Source: Phoronis australis (lineage: Eukaryota; Animalia; Phoronida). Taken from it: a stretch of DNA of 64,000 bases. Position 1 is the first letter of the stretch, and every line of letters starts with the position of its first letter. The stretch lies in assembly GCA_002633005.1 (NCBI GenBank), contig NMRA01000011.1, positions 713,931 to 777,930 of the forward strand, written 5' to 3'. A program made the translations under genes and the position numbers. Below, piece by piece: positions 1-12,567 of the stretch. The notes below the pieces were generated by a model. The model saw only the letters and a program-made list of their open reading frames with translations, had not been told where the DNA came from and made no database searches.

Positions 1-180
1 GAGATGCTTGCACGCAACTCGGCGTTCCAGGGAGAGCGTCTGCATTTGTCGTCTTTGCGTATTCGAACACGCAAGTCGGCTATTCGTACAGTTCGTATCT
101 TTGGTAAGTTTTTAGTGTTGTTCTTGTCAGTTCTTACCCTAGATTTTCTACCGAAGATACAGGCAAAACAAAGCACCGAG

Positions 181-1865
181 AAACATGGTGATTTTCCAAA
201 TCGAATATTTCCCTGTAGTGGAAAAAAGATCACGCCGCAAAGGATTGCCGTTTCAGGGAAGATGAACGCCACTTGTCAGAAGAAGGAACACATTAAGACC
301 GTCTGTTTGGCAAAAGAGAAAAGTACGCCAACATTTACTCGGGCATTTGGTTCTGCAGTCAGTAACATTACAGATCGTGATCCTATTCAAATACCATTGC
401 GAATTAATGGAAGAGATTTGTTGTTCGAGGTTGACACGGGATCGGCAGGTAATTTCATATCAAAGCAGACTTGGGCAATTTGGGAAAACCAACACTTAAA
501 GCTAGTCACAGCAAATACTTTCAGAAGCGAATGGCCAGCCACTTCCAGTCATAGGAATCTTCAAGGCTGAAGTTTCCATGGATTGTCAGCGTAAAAACGC
601 AGTGGATATTGTTGTCCGCGAAAATGTTCTAATTCTGTAAGTCATTCAGGGATACGCCAACTCAAGACAGACGTTACTTCACTTTGCGGTTTGCAGTTAA
701 AAGAGAAATTCAATGTTCTTCGCTAGCGAACAGAAGTAGATATAAGCCTCCAGAAAGGATACGAGGAACATTTGAAAGAATTTCCTGATCTGCTTAAGCC
801 AGACCTTGGCTGTCTGAAGGATTTTGAACAAGAAGTTAAATTCAAGTCAAACGCCGAGCCACACTTTTGCAAGCCTCGTACTGTACCACATGCACTGCTT
901 GAGGACATTATGCTTATGAAGCAGGTATCAAGCGTGGAGTATGGGTGAAATCTCAATTCAGCAATTATGGAACACCAGTTGTTCCTATGCCAGAAACCAC
1001 ATTTGCCTGGACAAAAGAAACGCACATTGCGTGTTTGTGGTGATTATTCTGTTACCGTAAATTCACAGACACATCGGCATCCGACACCTCTTCCTGAGGA
1101 CCTGATGAGAAAACTGAGTGGTAATCATTTCTATACAAAAATGATTTGGCTGATGCTTATAACCGGATTAAATTAGCTCCTGAAAGACAAAGACGACTAG
1201 CGTTATCTACTCATCAAGGGGTTCATTTTCAAAAACGTCTACCCTTTAGCATTAGTTCTGCTCTAGGGTATTTCCAAAAAATAATGGAAAAGTTATCAGG
1301 TGATCTTCGAGGTGTTACATATTACCTTGATGACATTTCAGTCAGTGGTAAGAATGCTACTGAACACCTAAGTCAGTTGTATGCATTATAGCAAAGATTG
1401 CAAGATAAAGGAATGCGATGCAGAAAAGAAGTGTTGTTTTGCACAACCAACAGTTGGATACATTGGACATTCACAGACGCAAAAGGGTATATCAAAAGGT
1501 TCAAAGGTTGACGCTCTTTTCTTGGTTAGTTGCAATTCTACGGAAAGTTTATTAAAAACGTTTCCACTCTTTCTGACCCACTAAATCGGCTAACACGAAA
1601 GAATATTTCATGGAGATGGTGAAAAGAAGAACAAGCTGCTTCCAAAATTTGAAATAAACTCTTTGCTCAGATGCTGTGTTTGTTCATTTCGATCCTAATG
1701 TAAATATTGGAATTTCATGCGGTGTCTCTCAGATGTACGAACAGGTGTAGTTCTTTTTTACCGTTACGTGGATAGCAGTGAACGTGCGATTTCAAATGGT
1801 TCTAAGACTCTAACGAGCACTCAACGTAAATACAGCCAAATTCAATAGGAAGCTTTAGACATAGC
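181..1865 (+). mobile_element. Decayed Ty3/Gypsy (Mag-like) retrotransposon gag-pol fragment, copy 1
   Basis: CCHC-knuckle remnant (CQKKEHIKTVC), protease LLFEVDTGS, RT motifs LRVCGDY, DAYNRI, RLPF and YYLDDI, and an RNase H remnant (SKTLTSTQRKYSQI*EAL near 1800-1858). Many frameshifts; no integrase or LTR seen. Confidence 0.9.
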
Positions 1866-2868
1866 AATAAAATGTACTATCTTTATTCTATTCATATCCA
1901 TTACAAACAAATAAGTAACGACCGAGTATTTAGTAAAATTTAATAAAAGTACGTATCACACGCCTTTTTTACTTGCCGGGATTTTTTGTGATTTTTAGTG
2001 GGGGTCAGTTTTTTTGGCTTTCACTGAAAGGATTTTCATGATATATGCATCAAACTAATCCTTATTTAATTTTGCATTCAGAGCAGAGTGTACAATTTTT
2101 AGTTTTGTACTTTAAAAAGTGAAAAATTAAGTGACGTAATTTACCATACTATAAAATTCCCGTCTAGAAAATTCTCGAAAGTTTGCAGGCAGTGACATCA
2201 CCATCAATCATATCTTAATCCATCCCACCAAAAATTCAGTCAACCAATCAATCGCGATCCATCCAGGAGCACTTCCAAAAATGGTATGTTTTTGACAGTT
2301 TGGGTTGCCAAGACACCTTAGAAAAATAGCAACCGTCGTCAAGTGACGTTACAAACCCCGCCCCTTCGTCTCACTTTGCCAAAAAGATGTCAATGGAAAT
2401 TCAGCCATATTTTACCTTCGGAGCTGACGAAATCGAGCGCGTCATGTCTGGCAATAGCATCGATATGAACGTCCGAATCATCAAAGGTAAGCCACTTTCG
2501 TTAAAACTTTGAATTATAGAGACAAAAGTAATATTTTGCGACGTTTTCCCGATCGTTGAGTGGCAGGCCACGTCGTCTGCTTGCGCGGGAAACGGAGGTC
2601 ACGATAGCAGGTTTGTGTTTTATGGTTTCTTTGCAAACCTTACGGATTAGAAATTGAACCAACCAGCCTTATATATCACTTAAACTGTTTAAAAGGGAAC
2701 TGTATTTTATTCTGAATAAATTCTGGAATTGTTGATTAATTTCGTAAATAATTCAACAAAACAAATTGAACTTATATTCTCTAACGAAGCTCAAAAAACT
2801 ACCGGCTTGGAGCACTGCTAAGACGTATTTGGCGGGGGCAAAGCCACTGTCCTGTGTTAGCGTGCAAT

Positions 2869-4156
2869 CAAGGAGTGTAGTAGTCTAGGAGAGTTCACTT
2901 GTGAGTTCGCTGTTACCGCTACTACTAGCGCCGCCAAGTGGTGAACAAGCTACGGTCAACCAGGAAGCGCCAAAACAATGGGGACGGACGCATTTTGCAG
3001 TGCGATAAATTGCATGAATTGATCCACGAAAACCCCANNNNNNNNNNNNNNNNNNNNNNNNNNNNNNNNNNNNNNNNNNNNNNNNNNNNNNNNNNNNNNN
3101 NNNNNNNNNNNNNNNNNNNNNNNNNNNNNNNNNNNNNNNNNNNNNNNNNNNNNNNNNNNNNNNNNNNNNNNNNNNNNNNNNNNNNNNNNNNNNNNNNNNN
3201 NNNNNNNNNNNNNNNNNNNNNNNNNNNNNNNNNNNNNNNNNNNNNNNNNNNNNNNNNNNNNNNNNNNNNNNNNNNNNNNNNNNNNNNNNNNNNNNNNNNN
3301 NNNNNNNNNNNNNNNNNNNNNNNNNNNNNNNNNNNNNNNNNNNNNNNNNNNNNNNNNNNNNNNNNNNNNNNNNNNNNNNNNNNNNNNNNNNNNNNNNNNN
3401 NNNNNNNNNNNNNNNNNNNNNNNNNNNNNNNNNNNNNNNNNNNNNNNNNNNNNNNNNNNNNNNNNNNNNNNNNNNNNNNNNNNNNNNNNNNNNNNNNNNN
3501 NNNNNNNNNNNNNNNNNNNNNNNNNNNNNNNNNNNNNNNNNNNNNNNNNNNNNNNNNNNNNNNNNNNNNNNNNNNNNNNNNNNNNNNNNNNNNNNNNNNN
3601 NNNNNNNNNNNNNNNNNNNNNNNNNNNNNNNNNNNNNNNNNNNNNNNNNNNNNNNNNNNNNNNNNNNNNNNNNNNNNNNNNNNNNNNNNNNNNNNNNNNN
3701 NNNNNNNNNNNNNNNNNNNNNNNNNNNNNNNNNNNNNNNNNNNNNNNNNNNNNNNNNCAAATTTTATTGTCCATGGAGGTATGAACTGTTATAAGGAAAG
3801 ATAATTTGCCTTGTTAAGAACTCAAACATGAAACAAAACCGTGATAGATTTTGAAGGGAGCTTCAAAAGAATAAAAACAAATACACTTTAATATTGATTA
3901 AAATACACATTTTCATTCTCATTCGATTATAAGTGGATGTTAGTTTACGTATTCTAACCATTTTCAATCACACAGTAATTTTATTGCACGTTGAACGTCA
4001 TTTAAGTATGAATTCATCAGTGTTTACATTGTTCGGACTGCGCTCCTAAGTAAGTATTGATTATTCACCGCTTGGAGCGCTAGTGTTTCGACCGGTAACC
4101 ATTGCGGCGAATGGTAAAATGGCGGAGTGAACTCTCCTATACTCGTACACTCCTTG
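2869..4156. mobile_element. Non-autonomous P-superfamily-like TIR element nested in the Kolobok
   Basis: ~31-bp TIRs (CAAGGAGTGTAG...GGAGAGTTCACT / AGTGAACTCTCC...TACACTCCTTG) and a perfect 7-bp TSD GTGCAAT (2862-2868, 4157-4163). Spans the N gap. Confidence 0.75.
3038..3757. other. Assembly gap (720 N)
   Basis: Run of N. Confidence 1.
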
Positions 4157-5993
4157 GTGCAATCAAGTAGCGTTTTTCATATTGTCGGAATAAGAAATTT
4201 TAGAGTGAAATGTCGGGTCACCAGGGATACTTGTTTGAGCCGAGAAAACACAAAGTGATAACCAGTCATCGTCATCGTCAGAGGTGCCATTTGCTAAAAA
4301 TTTGAGACGTCTTTCGGGACATGATGACAGCTTCGCAGCACCAAGGTTGTTCTAAAATTCGGTTTGCTGGTATAGAAATACTAAAAACTTGTAACAAAAT
4401 GAAACACGTTCCGATAATTTATATAACATGTACGCAACGCAGGTAGCGTCAGCGACGAACACTTGATAAAAGAATCGGCGGAAAAGAAACTGGTAAAGGT
4501 CAGGTGACGTAATCGCAAAAAGCCGACTCAAGAGAACACATCACAATTTTAGCAGCAGCCGAAGAACGATCGCTAACTTTTCCAACACCGGTAAATACAG
4601 AAGTTAGTTTACTCTAGAAACCTGGTTCCTATGTTTACTCGAGGATGAGATTAGTTTTAATGACATTAATTTTGAGTCTGATTTTATTTGTCCATTTTTT
4701 ACCCATATCACCTCAAACCTGCAGACATATATTTAGGATACAGCTTTGGGCCAAGTCTTGGGTAACCCGGCGATGGTATGCGATGACCATCCCTTTAGAA
4801 GACACCTGTTTCGAAGAGATTGAGCAACCAAGTGCCATACAAAAAGGCATAGAGAACCTATTACAGCACTGTGGCAAACAATAAAAAATAAGGACGATTG
4901 ATACAACGATAATTTACGATGTCACCTCTTCAAAATATGACATAAGCAATGAATGTGTAAAGCAGCCGATACCCCGCCTTCACGTCACTGACACATCAGC
5001 CAATCAGCGATCGCTTTCAGAAGTCAGTGTTTTAACCATGAATACAAATCGGCTTTTGTTTGGCACACAAGTCAGGCAAAGGTGCGTTTTATTTGTATGT
5101 TAGAACCGATTAACTGCAACATTATTATGAATACAGTCCCCTTCTAAGTCGTTGTTTACGCGAGTTTGGTTCACGTTAGATATCATAAAACTTATTTTTT
5201 TGACCGTGGCAACTGCCACGAACAAATGTGCTGCAAAAATGGCGGCCTACAAATCAAAAACGCGAGTATGTATAATTATTGGTAAAAAGTCTATGTATAT
5301 TTACTGTCATGACTTATTCGGCCTAGTTTCTAGTTTTTTATATTGATAAAAGTTCATTTGAGAGTCATTTAATTATCAAATGTGACTAGTTTATCAAAAA
5401 ATATGCAATTTCCACTTTCCGATTATTTTTTGTTTTACCCACGTATGACGTCAGTTGTTTAGGGAAGCCCTTTTGACGGATATTCCGATGTTTATACTAT
5501 CAATTAACGGCGTATCAATTCTTAATTTACAGCCCGCATTTAGAGAAACCGTTCAAGTTCCAGAAAATGTTATGTTGTTTTTCCCTCCGTCTATCACATG
5601 TATCCAGGGTCCCAATTAAACTGAGGAATATAACTGATTAAAGCGGTTTAGCCCGAAATTCAGTCACAAACCCATTTTTGATTACCACTTAGTCCACTCG
5701 CAAAAATATTCCGAGGTAAAAACGGATGTGATTTTTACAGTTAAAAAATAAACCCTTTGTTAGGCTTGGCACAAGGCTCGGCTGAAGTTGAGACCGTGTG
5801 CCGTGTTTTATTACAAAATCCCTTCTTTACTTGATTAAGGGACAAAATGTATTGATTTTATAGCAGTAAGTTACCTACATCCAAATTTAATAATTGCGAC
5901 ATAAACTTAACTACAATTTACCTCCCCTTTTGATGGTTTTCGTGGGTGTACGTTATATCTCCTTACTTCGTGGTAAGATCTCTATTAGAAGCC

Positions 5994-8900
5994 ATGGACA
6001 CAGGTGAGTATGCAGGTATGTCAGAGTTAGAGAAGATCAAAGCTTTTGAGGTAAGCATATCAACGCTTCATAGTTCAGCGATTATTCCTGCACATAAACG
6101 GATAAGGAAGTACATACACTCCTCGAAAGAACACGAATCAGTCAGTTGAAAAATGATTTATCTCAATGCACCCAGCGGCAAAGCAAGACGACTAGGGCTG
6201 AATTTCTGTCGCTTACCAAGTCCAACGACGAGCTCAAAAAAGATCTACGGCGCGTCAAAAGAATGAGGAACTACTACGAAGAACAGAACGCCTCTTCGCG
6301 ACAGGAGAACGACATCCTTCAGCAACGCCTTGTTTTGCAAACCAGGGACGGATTCGACCAGGAACGTGCTGCTGAGCATGCTCAGTGGAAGGAGAAGGAG
6401 CATGCCCTTCACAAAAACATCAAACAAGTAAGCAACAAAATAAATTGAAAAAGGCTAACTATGACATTTGTTCCAAGAAAATTGCTGAACTGCAGGATAA
6501 CATCAAATATTGGCAACTTGCCGCCACTCAGTACGAATACCAAATACGCACTTTCATCAGAGACCGGCAATTCATCACCTTCAAGGACGGACGGTACAGC
6601 GATAAGATCAGACTGCTGTACATGGAGCTCATGTCCATGCAAGTCAACTCGCGCAACGTTGAAAGAATCATCAAGTGAGTTTACAATTGTTACATTTCGT
6701 TAGAACTTTTAGAAAGCAATTTTGAAATTATTAGTTCGTGCACATAAAACCGGAAATACCTGATTAAGCTACTTATGTTTTTTAACGACAATATAGCAGG
6801 ACTTTCCAGTACTTGATGAAATTGACATTTACTTTATGTTATGACATACACACAAAATTTCTGTATAAATAACTATGCAATGATAATAAGTTGATTGTTT
6901 ACTCTTACAGAACAGTACTGAGCACGGTGACAGAGAAGACGTCCGTCGGACTACCTCGAGAGTCCTTCGCTCGCTACATGCTTCTTGAAGCGCTGTCCTT
7001 GGCTATTCCGCATCTTCAGATAGAGCTCCAGTCAGAGCAGTCATCCTTGGTGTATATGGAACCTCTAAGATTGGTCATCACTATGGCCAGGAAGAGATAA
7101 CCAGGTTATCTGTTCCTGCTGTGGCACTGGAGCCACATCGTTTTCGAACGGTCAGACGATGAGGCTATGACTGCGTGACATGGGCTGTTGTGATGCTGAA
7201 GCTTACCTTGCGAACACCCAAGGCATGCTCACCCAGGTGTCTCGTGAAGCTGCTCTCACCGACTCGTTCCTTAAGAAGACAGTGGCAAAGATGTACAAAA
7301 CCATGACTGACATGGCCAGCACCTGCAAGAAACTGAACGGTTTTTTACACAAGTGGAGAGCTGAACTCATTCCTGATGTTGTATCGCATTGGGATGAGTT
7401 GAGTGATCCTGAGCAACAAAAACTACTATCTATGAACAATTTCTGGTGTTGCCTTCACTATCTTGTAGGTTTGGCTTATCAAGCTTATAAGACCTTGGCT
7501 TCCTGGGAGAACATCTTGCATAGTGGTAGGACAACTGGGTCACCTTCACTCCCAGGGGGATACGCCAAACCCGGAAAACAACTCGTCTAGTGCGCGCCGT
7601 TTGCAAAGCTGTCCAGGACCGTGGCTGTGAAAGATCTGGCAAGCTGGTACAGTTTAGGGAGTACATCCAGGAGGAAACTTTGGTTGATACGGTTCCTCTG
7701 AAGCCCTTCAAAGGTAACCGTTTCAACATATTGTTTGAGAATGTGGCTGGCACTTTTTACCTTTTTGAAGACCTTAAAATCTTCTTCGAAAGGGTGAAAA
7801 GTGAAAACCGCGTCCTTGGAGCTGTGAATGCAGACTTAAATGTGGATTTTTTCAGGAGTGGCACACAAGCTCTCGGGTTGATTTCCAAAATTGTCACTGA
7901 GCTCCTGCGGAGGAAGTTGGAGATGGCAAACCATATAAACGAAGTTACACCAGTGCTCCAGCAGTTGAATGAAAGGTTTCGGGTGTGCTCTTTGGATGTT
8001 TCGAGTCTGAGACAACCAAGAACCAGTTGATCAACCAGCGCCTTCTGAAGGACCACTTGGATGGAAGGAAATTTGCTGTTTGGACGGAAGAGATGCAGAT
8101 GGAGACCACGTCTGTGCCGATCACCAACAAGGGCCCTGAGCAGATGTTCGGTCAGTTTGATCGAATAATCTGGCTTAAGCCTTCAGCTACAACCCTTGTT
8201 GTAGAAGCCATCGCCATGTAGAACAAGAATAAGCCGATTTACTGGATAGACAGTGAGTCTCCAGACATGAGAGGTTTATATTGAGCATGCACGGTTTTCC
8301 GTGAGGCGTAAGAAGGAAGAGTTTAAGGTACAGTGTTAACTTCTGAAAAATAAAATGAAAAGTGTCTATTAATTGTTAGCTTCTCAAACCTCCAAAATGC
8401 ACTTAAACCACTTCATAAGTAGGATATCCAGTCTATTCGGATAATGTTAGTACATTCAAATGGAGTATTTAGAAATAATGAATTTGGGGATATGAAGTTA
8501 AGCATAATCATAATCATGCATGGTTTAATAATGTTAGGAATATTTTGTAATTGGACATTAAGTGAAGCAGACACAATAATTTTACAAGCTGTAATTGATT
8601 GACTTAATTTAAATTGACATATTTTCAGACGCGAAAACCTGCAGCACAGCGTGAACGTCAACTCTGCCTTGCCTCAAAGCGACAGAAAGCTGCAGACAGG
8701 AAACTGGCAGACAGAGTTAGGAGAGAGAAGATGACGAATGAACTGCAGTAGGTCGGCAGCCTCATAACATCACCCGAGTCTCATGATACCCATCTGCAGG
8801 CAGTTACTGATGCAAGGAAAGGTAAGGTTGTAGTGATAAATATTAAGTCTAGAAAGTTTGTGATACAAGAGAATAATGCAAATGGTATTTGGAATCTATT

Positions 8901-9606
8901 TGCCAGTGGTAAGAAGATGTCCCTTGATGTATTGGTATCCAATCCGAAATGTGCAATACGTGAAACTCTAGATGAATTTGGTAGCAGTGCAACATCTACT
9001 TATTTAGCTACCACAGATTCATCGGTAAATTCTGATATTACTGCCTTAAAACTTCCAATTGCAGGAGATGGTTCTTAAGGAAAAAGAAAAGCTGTCGTCA
9101 TCCAAACGCCACTGTCCCAAGCAACTTGATGTTCCGTGTGTGAACGAGCCCTCAGATCCCCTGGGGAAACGTGTTAACCATCTGTGTGTTGATAGTGACG
9201 GTGAGAAATGGTATCGTGGTGTCATCACTACTATGTCTGAAAGGCGATGTAAAACGATGTACACTATACGGTACGATTGTGATCCAGAATCACGTACACA
9301 CTTCCGCTGCTTGAAGATCTGGAGAAGGGGGATCTAGAACTCATTCCACTGGATCCTAAGTGGTTGGTGGGGAAGAGAGTCGACCACCGGTTCAAATGTG
9401 CAGAAGATGGTGAGGAGTACTGGTATACTGGGAAAGTCATCTCGTACGTCAAGGACTAGGAAACTCACGTGATAGAATACGAGACTGAGGAGAATGGTGA
9501 GAATGACGATGAGGATGAAGAGCTAGAAGTGTATGAGGAACCTCTCCTGCAGGACTACACAAGTGGTGATATTAGAATTTTGTACCTTTCTGTACAAATT
9601 CTCTGA
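5994..9606 (+). pseudogene. Intron-containing DDE/CxxH (hAT-clade-like) transposase pseudogene with C-terminal tandem Spin/Ssty repeats, copy 1
   Basis: Predicted exons ~5994-6674, 6911-8327 and 8629-9606 with GT-AG introns. Coiled-coil N-terminus; LGVYGTSKIGHHY (probable first Asp read as Tyr); TMTDMAST; NNFWCCLH; GNRFNILF; PITNKGPEQMFGQFDR; two GKRVxH...WYxGxV/I...LLxDxxxGDxxI repeats at ~9155-9590. Multiple stops and frameshifts. Confidence 0.75.
7088..7118. repeat. 31-bp palindromic insertion with 7-bp TSD (transposon footprint)
   Basis: CAGGAAGAGATAACC-A-GGTTATCTGTTCCTG between CTATGGC and CTGTGGC. Absent at the equivalent site of copy 2 (~13676-13683). Confidence 0.85.
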
Positions 9607-10324
9607 CAATAAGGGCCTTGTAAATGCGCTAATAAAGCAATGCTGGTTTTGTTTTTGAAGTTCAAATTGAGTATAAGTCCAAACGTTTATGTACACTGAG
9701 CATCACTGGACTCGACCTAAGGTAATTTCAATTCCATCAAGAAATTCAGTAAAGTTTTATTTTGTGAGTTAAAATGTGACCAATGTAAGAGTAAGAATGT
9801 GAATGTCTTTTTCATAAGGTAATTAAGTTATTTGTAAATTTGTTTGTTGTGAGCTGTGTCAAGGAGAATGTAAACTTTTAAGAAGTATAAATTGTTAATG
9901 TTTGTTATTGTTTATTAGAATTTTATTTTTTATTAACTTACATGTTATTTAATGCTGATTGTTTACAGCTCGCAACATGCAATTTGTCTTGAAGTTTAAA
10001 ATAGTTTAAGATGCTCAAGNCTCTTGGGGGTTGAGATGATGATTAATGACGCTGGACGCCGAAGACTCTCCAACAGATATGGTGGGGAGGAATGCTGAAA
10101 GGCTTTGGAGTTGTCTCCCATTTAAACTTGATGGCAACGTCCAAGGAGAAGCTTGCACGCAACTAGGCGTTCCAGAGAGAGCGTCTGCATTCGTCGTCTT
10201 TGCGTATTCGAACACGCAAGTCGGCTATTCGTACAGTTCGTATCTTTGGTAAGTGTTTAGTGTTGTTCTCGTTAGTTCTTACCCTAGATCTTCTACCGAA
10301 GATACAAGCAAAACAAAGCACTGA

Positions 10325-11714
10325 GAAACATGGTGATTTTCTTTCCAAATCGAATATTTCCCAGTAGAGGAAAAAAGATCACGTCGCAAAGGATTGCAGT
10401 TTCAGGGAAGATGAACGCCACTTGTCAGAAGAAGGAACACATTAAGACCGTCTGTTTGGCAAAAGAGAAAAATACGCCAACATTTACTCGGGCATTTGGG
10501 TCTGCAGTCAGTAACATTACAGATCGCGATCCTATTCAAATACCATTGCGAATTAATGGAAGAGATTTGTTGTTCGAGGTCGACACGAGATCGGCAGATA
10601 ATTTCATATCAAAGCAGACTTGGGCAAATTTGGGAAAACCAACACTTAAAGCTAGTCACAGCAAATACTTTCAGAAGCGAATGGCCAGCCACTTCCAGTC
10701 ATAGGAATCTTCAAGGCTGAAGTTTGCATGGATTGTCAGCGTAAAAACACAGTGGATATTGTTGTCCGCGAAAATGTTTTAATCCTGCAGGTCATTCAGG
10801 GATACGCCAACTCAAGACAGACATTACTTCACTTTGCGGTTTGCAGTTAAAAGAGAAATTCAATGTTCTTCGCTAGCGAATAGAAGTAGATATAAGCCTC
10901 CAGAAAGGATGCGAGGAACATTTTAAAGAATTTCCTGATCTGCATAAGCCAGACCTTGGTTGTTTGAAGGATTTTGAACAAGAAGTTAAATTCAAGTCAA
11001 ACGCCGAGCCACAATTTTGCAAGCCTCGTACTGTACCACATGCATTGCTTGAGGACATTATGCTTATAAAGCAGGTATCAAGCGTGGAGTATGGGTGAAA
11101 TCTCAACTCAGCGATTATGGAACACCCGTTGTTCCTATACAGAAACCACATTTGCCTGGACAAAAGAAACGTACAGTGCGTGTTTGTGGTGATTATTCTG
11201 TTACCGTAAATTCACAGAGACACATCGACATCCGACACCTCTTATTGAGGACCTGATGAGAAAACTGAGTGGTAACCATTTCTTTACAAAATTGATTTGT
11301 ATGATGCTTATAACCGGATTAAATTAGTTCCTGAAAGACAAAGACGACTAGCGCTATCTACTCATCAAGGGGTTCGTCTTCAAAAACGCCTAACCTTTGG
11401 CATTAGTTCTGCTTTGGGTATTTCCAAAAAATAATGGAAAAATTATCAGGTGATCTTCGAGGTGTTACATTTTACCTTGATGACATTTTAGTCAGTGGTA
11501 AGAATGCTATTGAACACCTAGGTCTCTTGCATGCATTATAGCAAAGATTGCAAGATAAAGGAATGCAATGCAGAAAAGAAAAGTGTTGTTTTGCACAACC
11601 AACAGTTGGATACATTGGACATTCACTGACGCAAAAGGACATATCAAAAGTTTCAAAGGTTGACGTTCTTTTCTTGGTTCGTTGCAATTCTACGGAAAGT
11701 TTATTAAAAACGTT
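10325..11714 (+). mobile_element. Decayed Ty3/Gypsy gag-pol fragment, copy 2 (truncated before RNase H)
   Basis: LLFEVDTRS protease and YLDDI RT motif; near-identical to 181-1563. Confidence 0.9.
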
Positions 11715-12567
11715 GCTTAAGTCGTTGTTTACGCGAGTTTGGTTCACGTTAGATATCATACAACTTATTTTTTTGATCGTGGCAACTGCCACGAACAAAT
11801 GTGCTGCAAAAATGGCAGCCTACAAATCAAAAACGCGAGTATGTATAATTATTGGTAAAAAGTCTATGTATATTTACTGTCAGGCCTTATTCGGCCTAGT
11901 TTGTTATTTATATTGATATAAGCTCATTTTAGAGTCATTTAATTATCAAATGTGACTAGTTTATCAAAATAAAAATTATGCAATTTCCACTTTCCGATTA
12001 TTTTTTGTTTTACTCACGTATGACGTCAGTTGTTTGGGGAAGCCCTTTTGACGGATATTCCGATGTTTATACTACCAATTAACGGCGTATCAATTCTTAA
12101 TTTACTGCTCGCATTTAGAGAAACCGTTCAAGTTCCAGAAAATGTTATGTTGTTTTTCCCTCCGTCTATCACATGTATCCAGGGTCCCGAATAAACTGAG
12201 AAATATAACTGATTAGAGCGGTTTAGCCCAAAATTCAGTCACAAACCCATTTTTGATTACCAATTAGTCCACTCGCAAAAATATTCCGAGGTAAAACCGG
12301 ATGTGATTTTCACACTTAAAAATAAACCCTTTGTTAGGCTTGGCACAAGGCTCGGCTGAAATTGAGACCGTGTGCCGTGTTTTATTACAAAATCCCTTCT
12401 TTACCTGATTAAAGGACAAAATGGATTGATTTTCTGGCAGTAAGTAACCTACAACCAAATTTAATAATTGCGACATAAACTTAACTACAATTGACCTCCC
12501 CTTTTGATGGTTTTCGTGGGTGTACGTTATATCTCCTTACTTCATGGTAAGATCTCTGTTAGAAGCC

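Larger units (their letters stand above)
2693..5143 (+). mobile_element. Non-autonomous Kolobok-like DNA transposon
   Basis: TIR AAGGGAACTGTATTTTAT (2693) vs reverse complement AAGGGGACTGTATTCAT (ends 5143), flanked by TTAA and CTAA. Internal MSGHQGYLFEP motif at 4210 (KolX-like start) and a THAP-like VCDDH remnant near 4775-4790. Confidence 0.65.
1..10019 (+). repeat. Copy 1 of a ~10 kb near-tandem duplication
   Basis: 1-1563 matches ~10147-11714 and 5144-10019 matches ~11717-16688 with scattered substitutions and indels. Copy 1 ends at the single N at 10020. Confidence 0.92.

Noticed and set aside
2885-3804. Long ORFs in the ORF track (also 36962-37919)
   Set aside because: Artefacts of translating N runs.
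1-11714. The duplicated blocks as LTRs of one retroelement
   Set aside because: The repeats include pol and unrelated DNA transposons; no TG...CA ends, PBS or PPT were identified.
11548-11916. 122-aa ORF as a novel fusion protein
   Set aside because: Chance read-through across the deletion junction from Gypsy RT into non-coding sequence.
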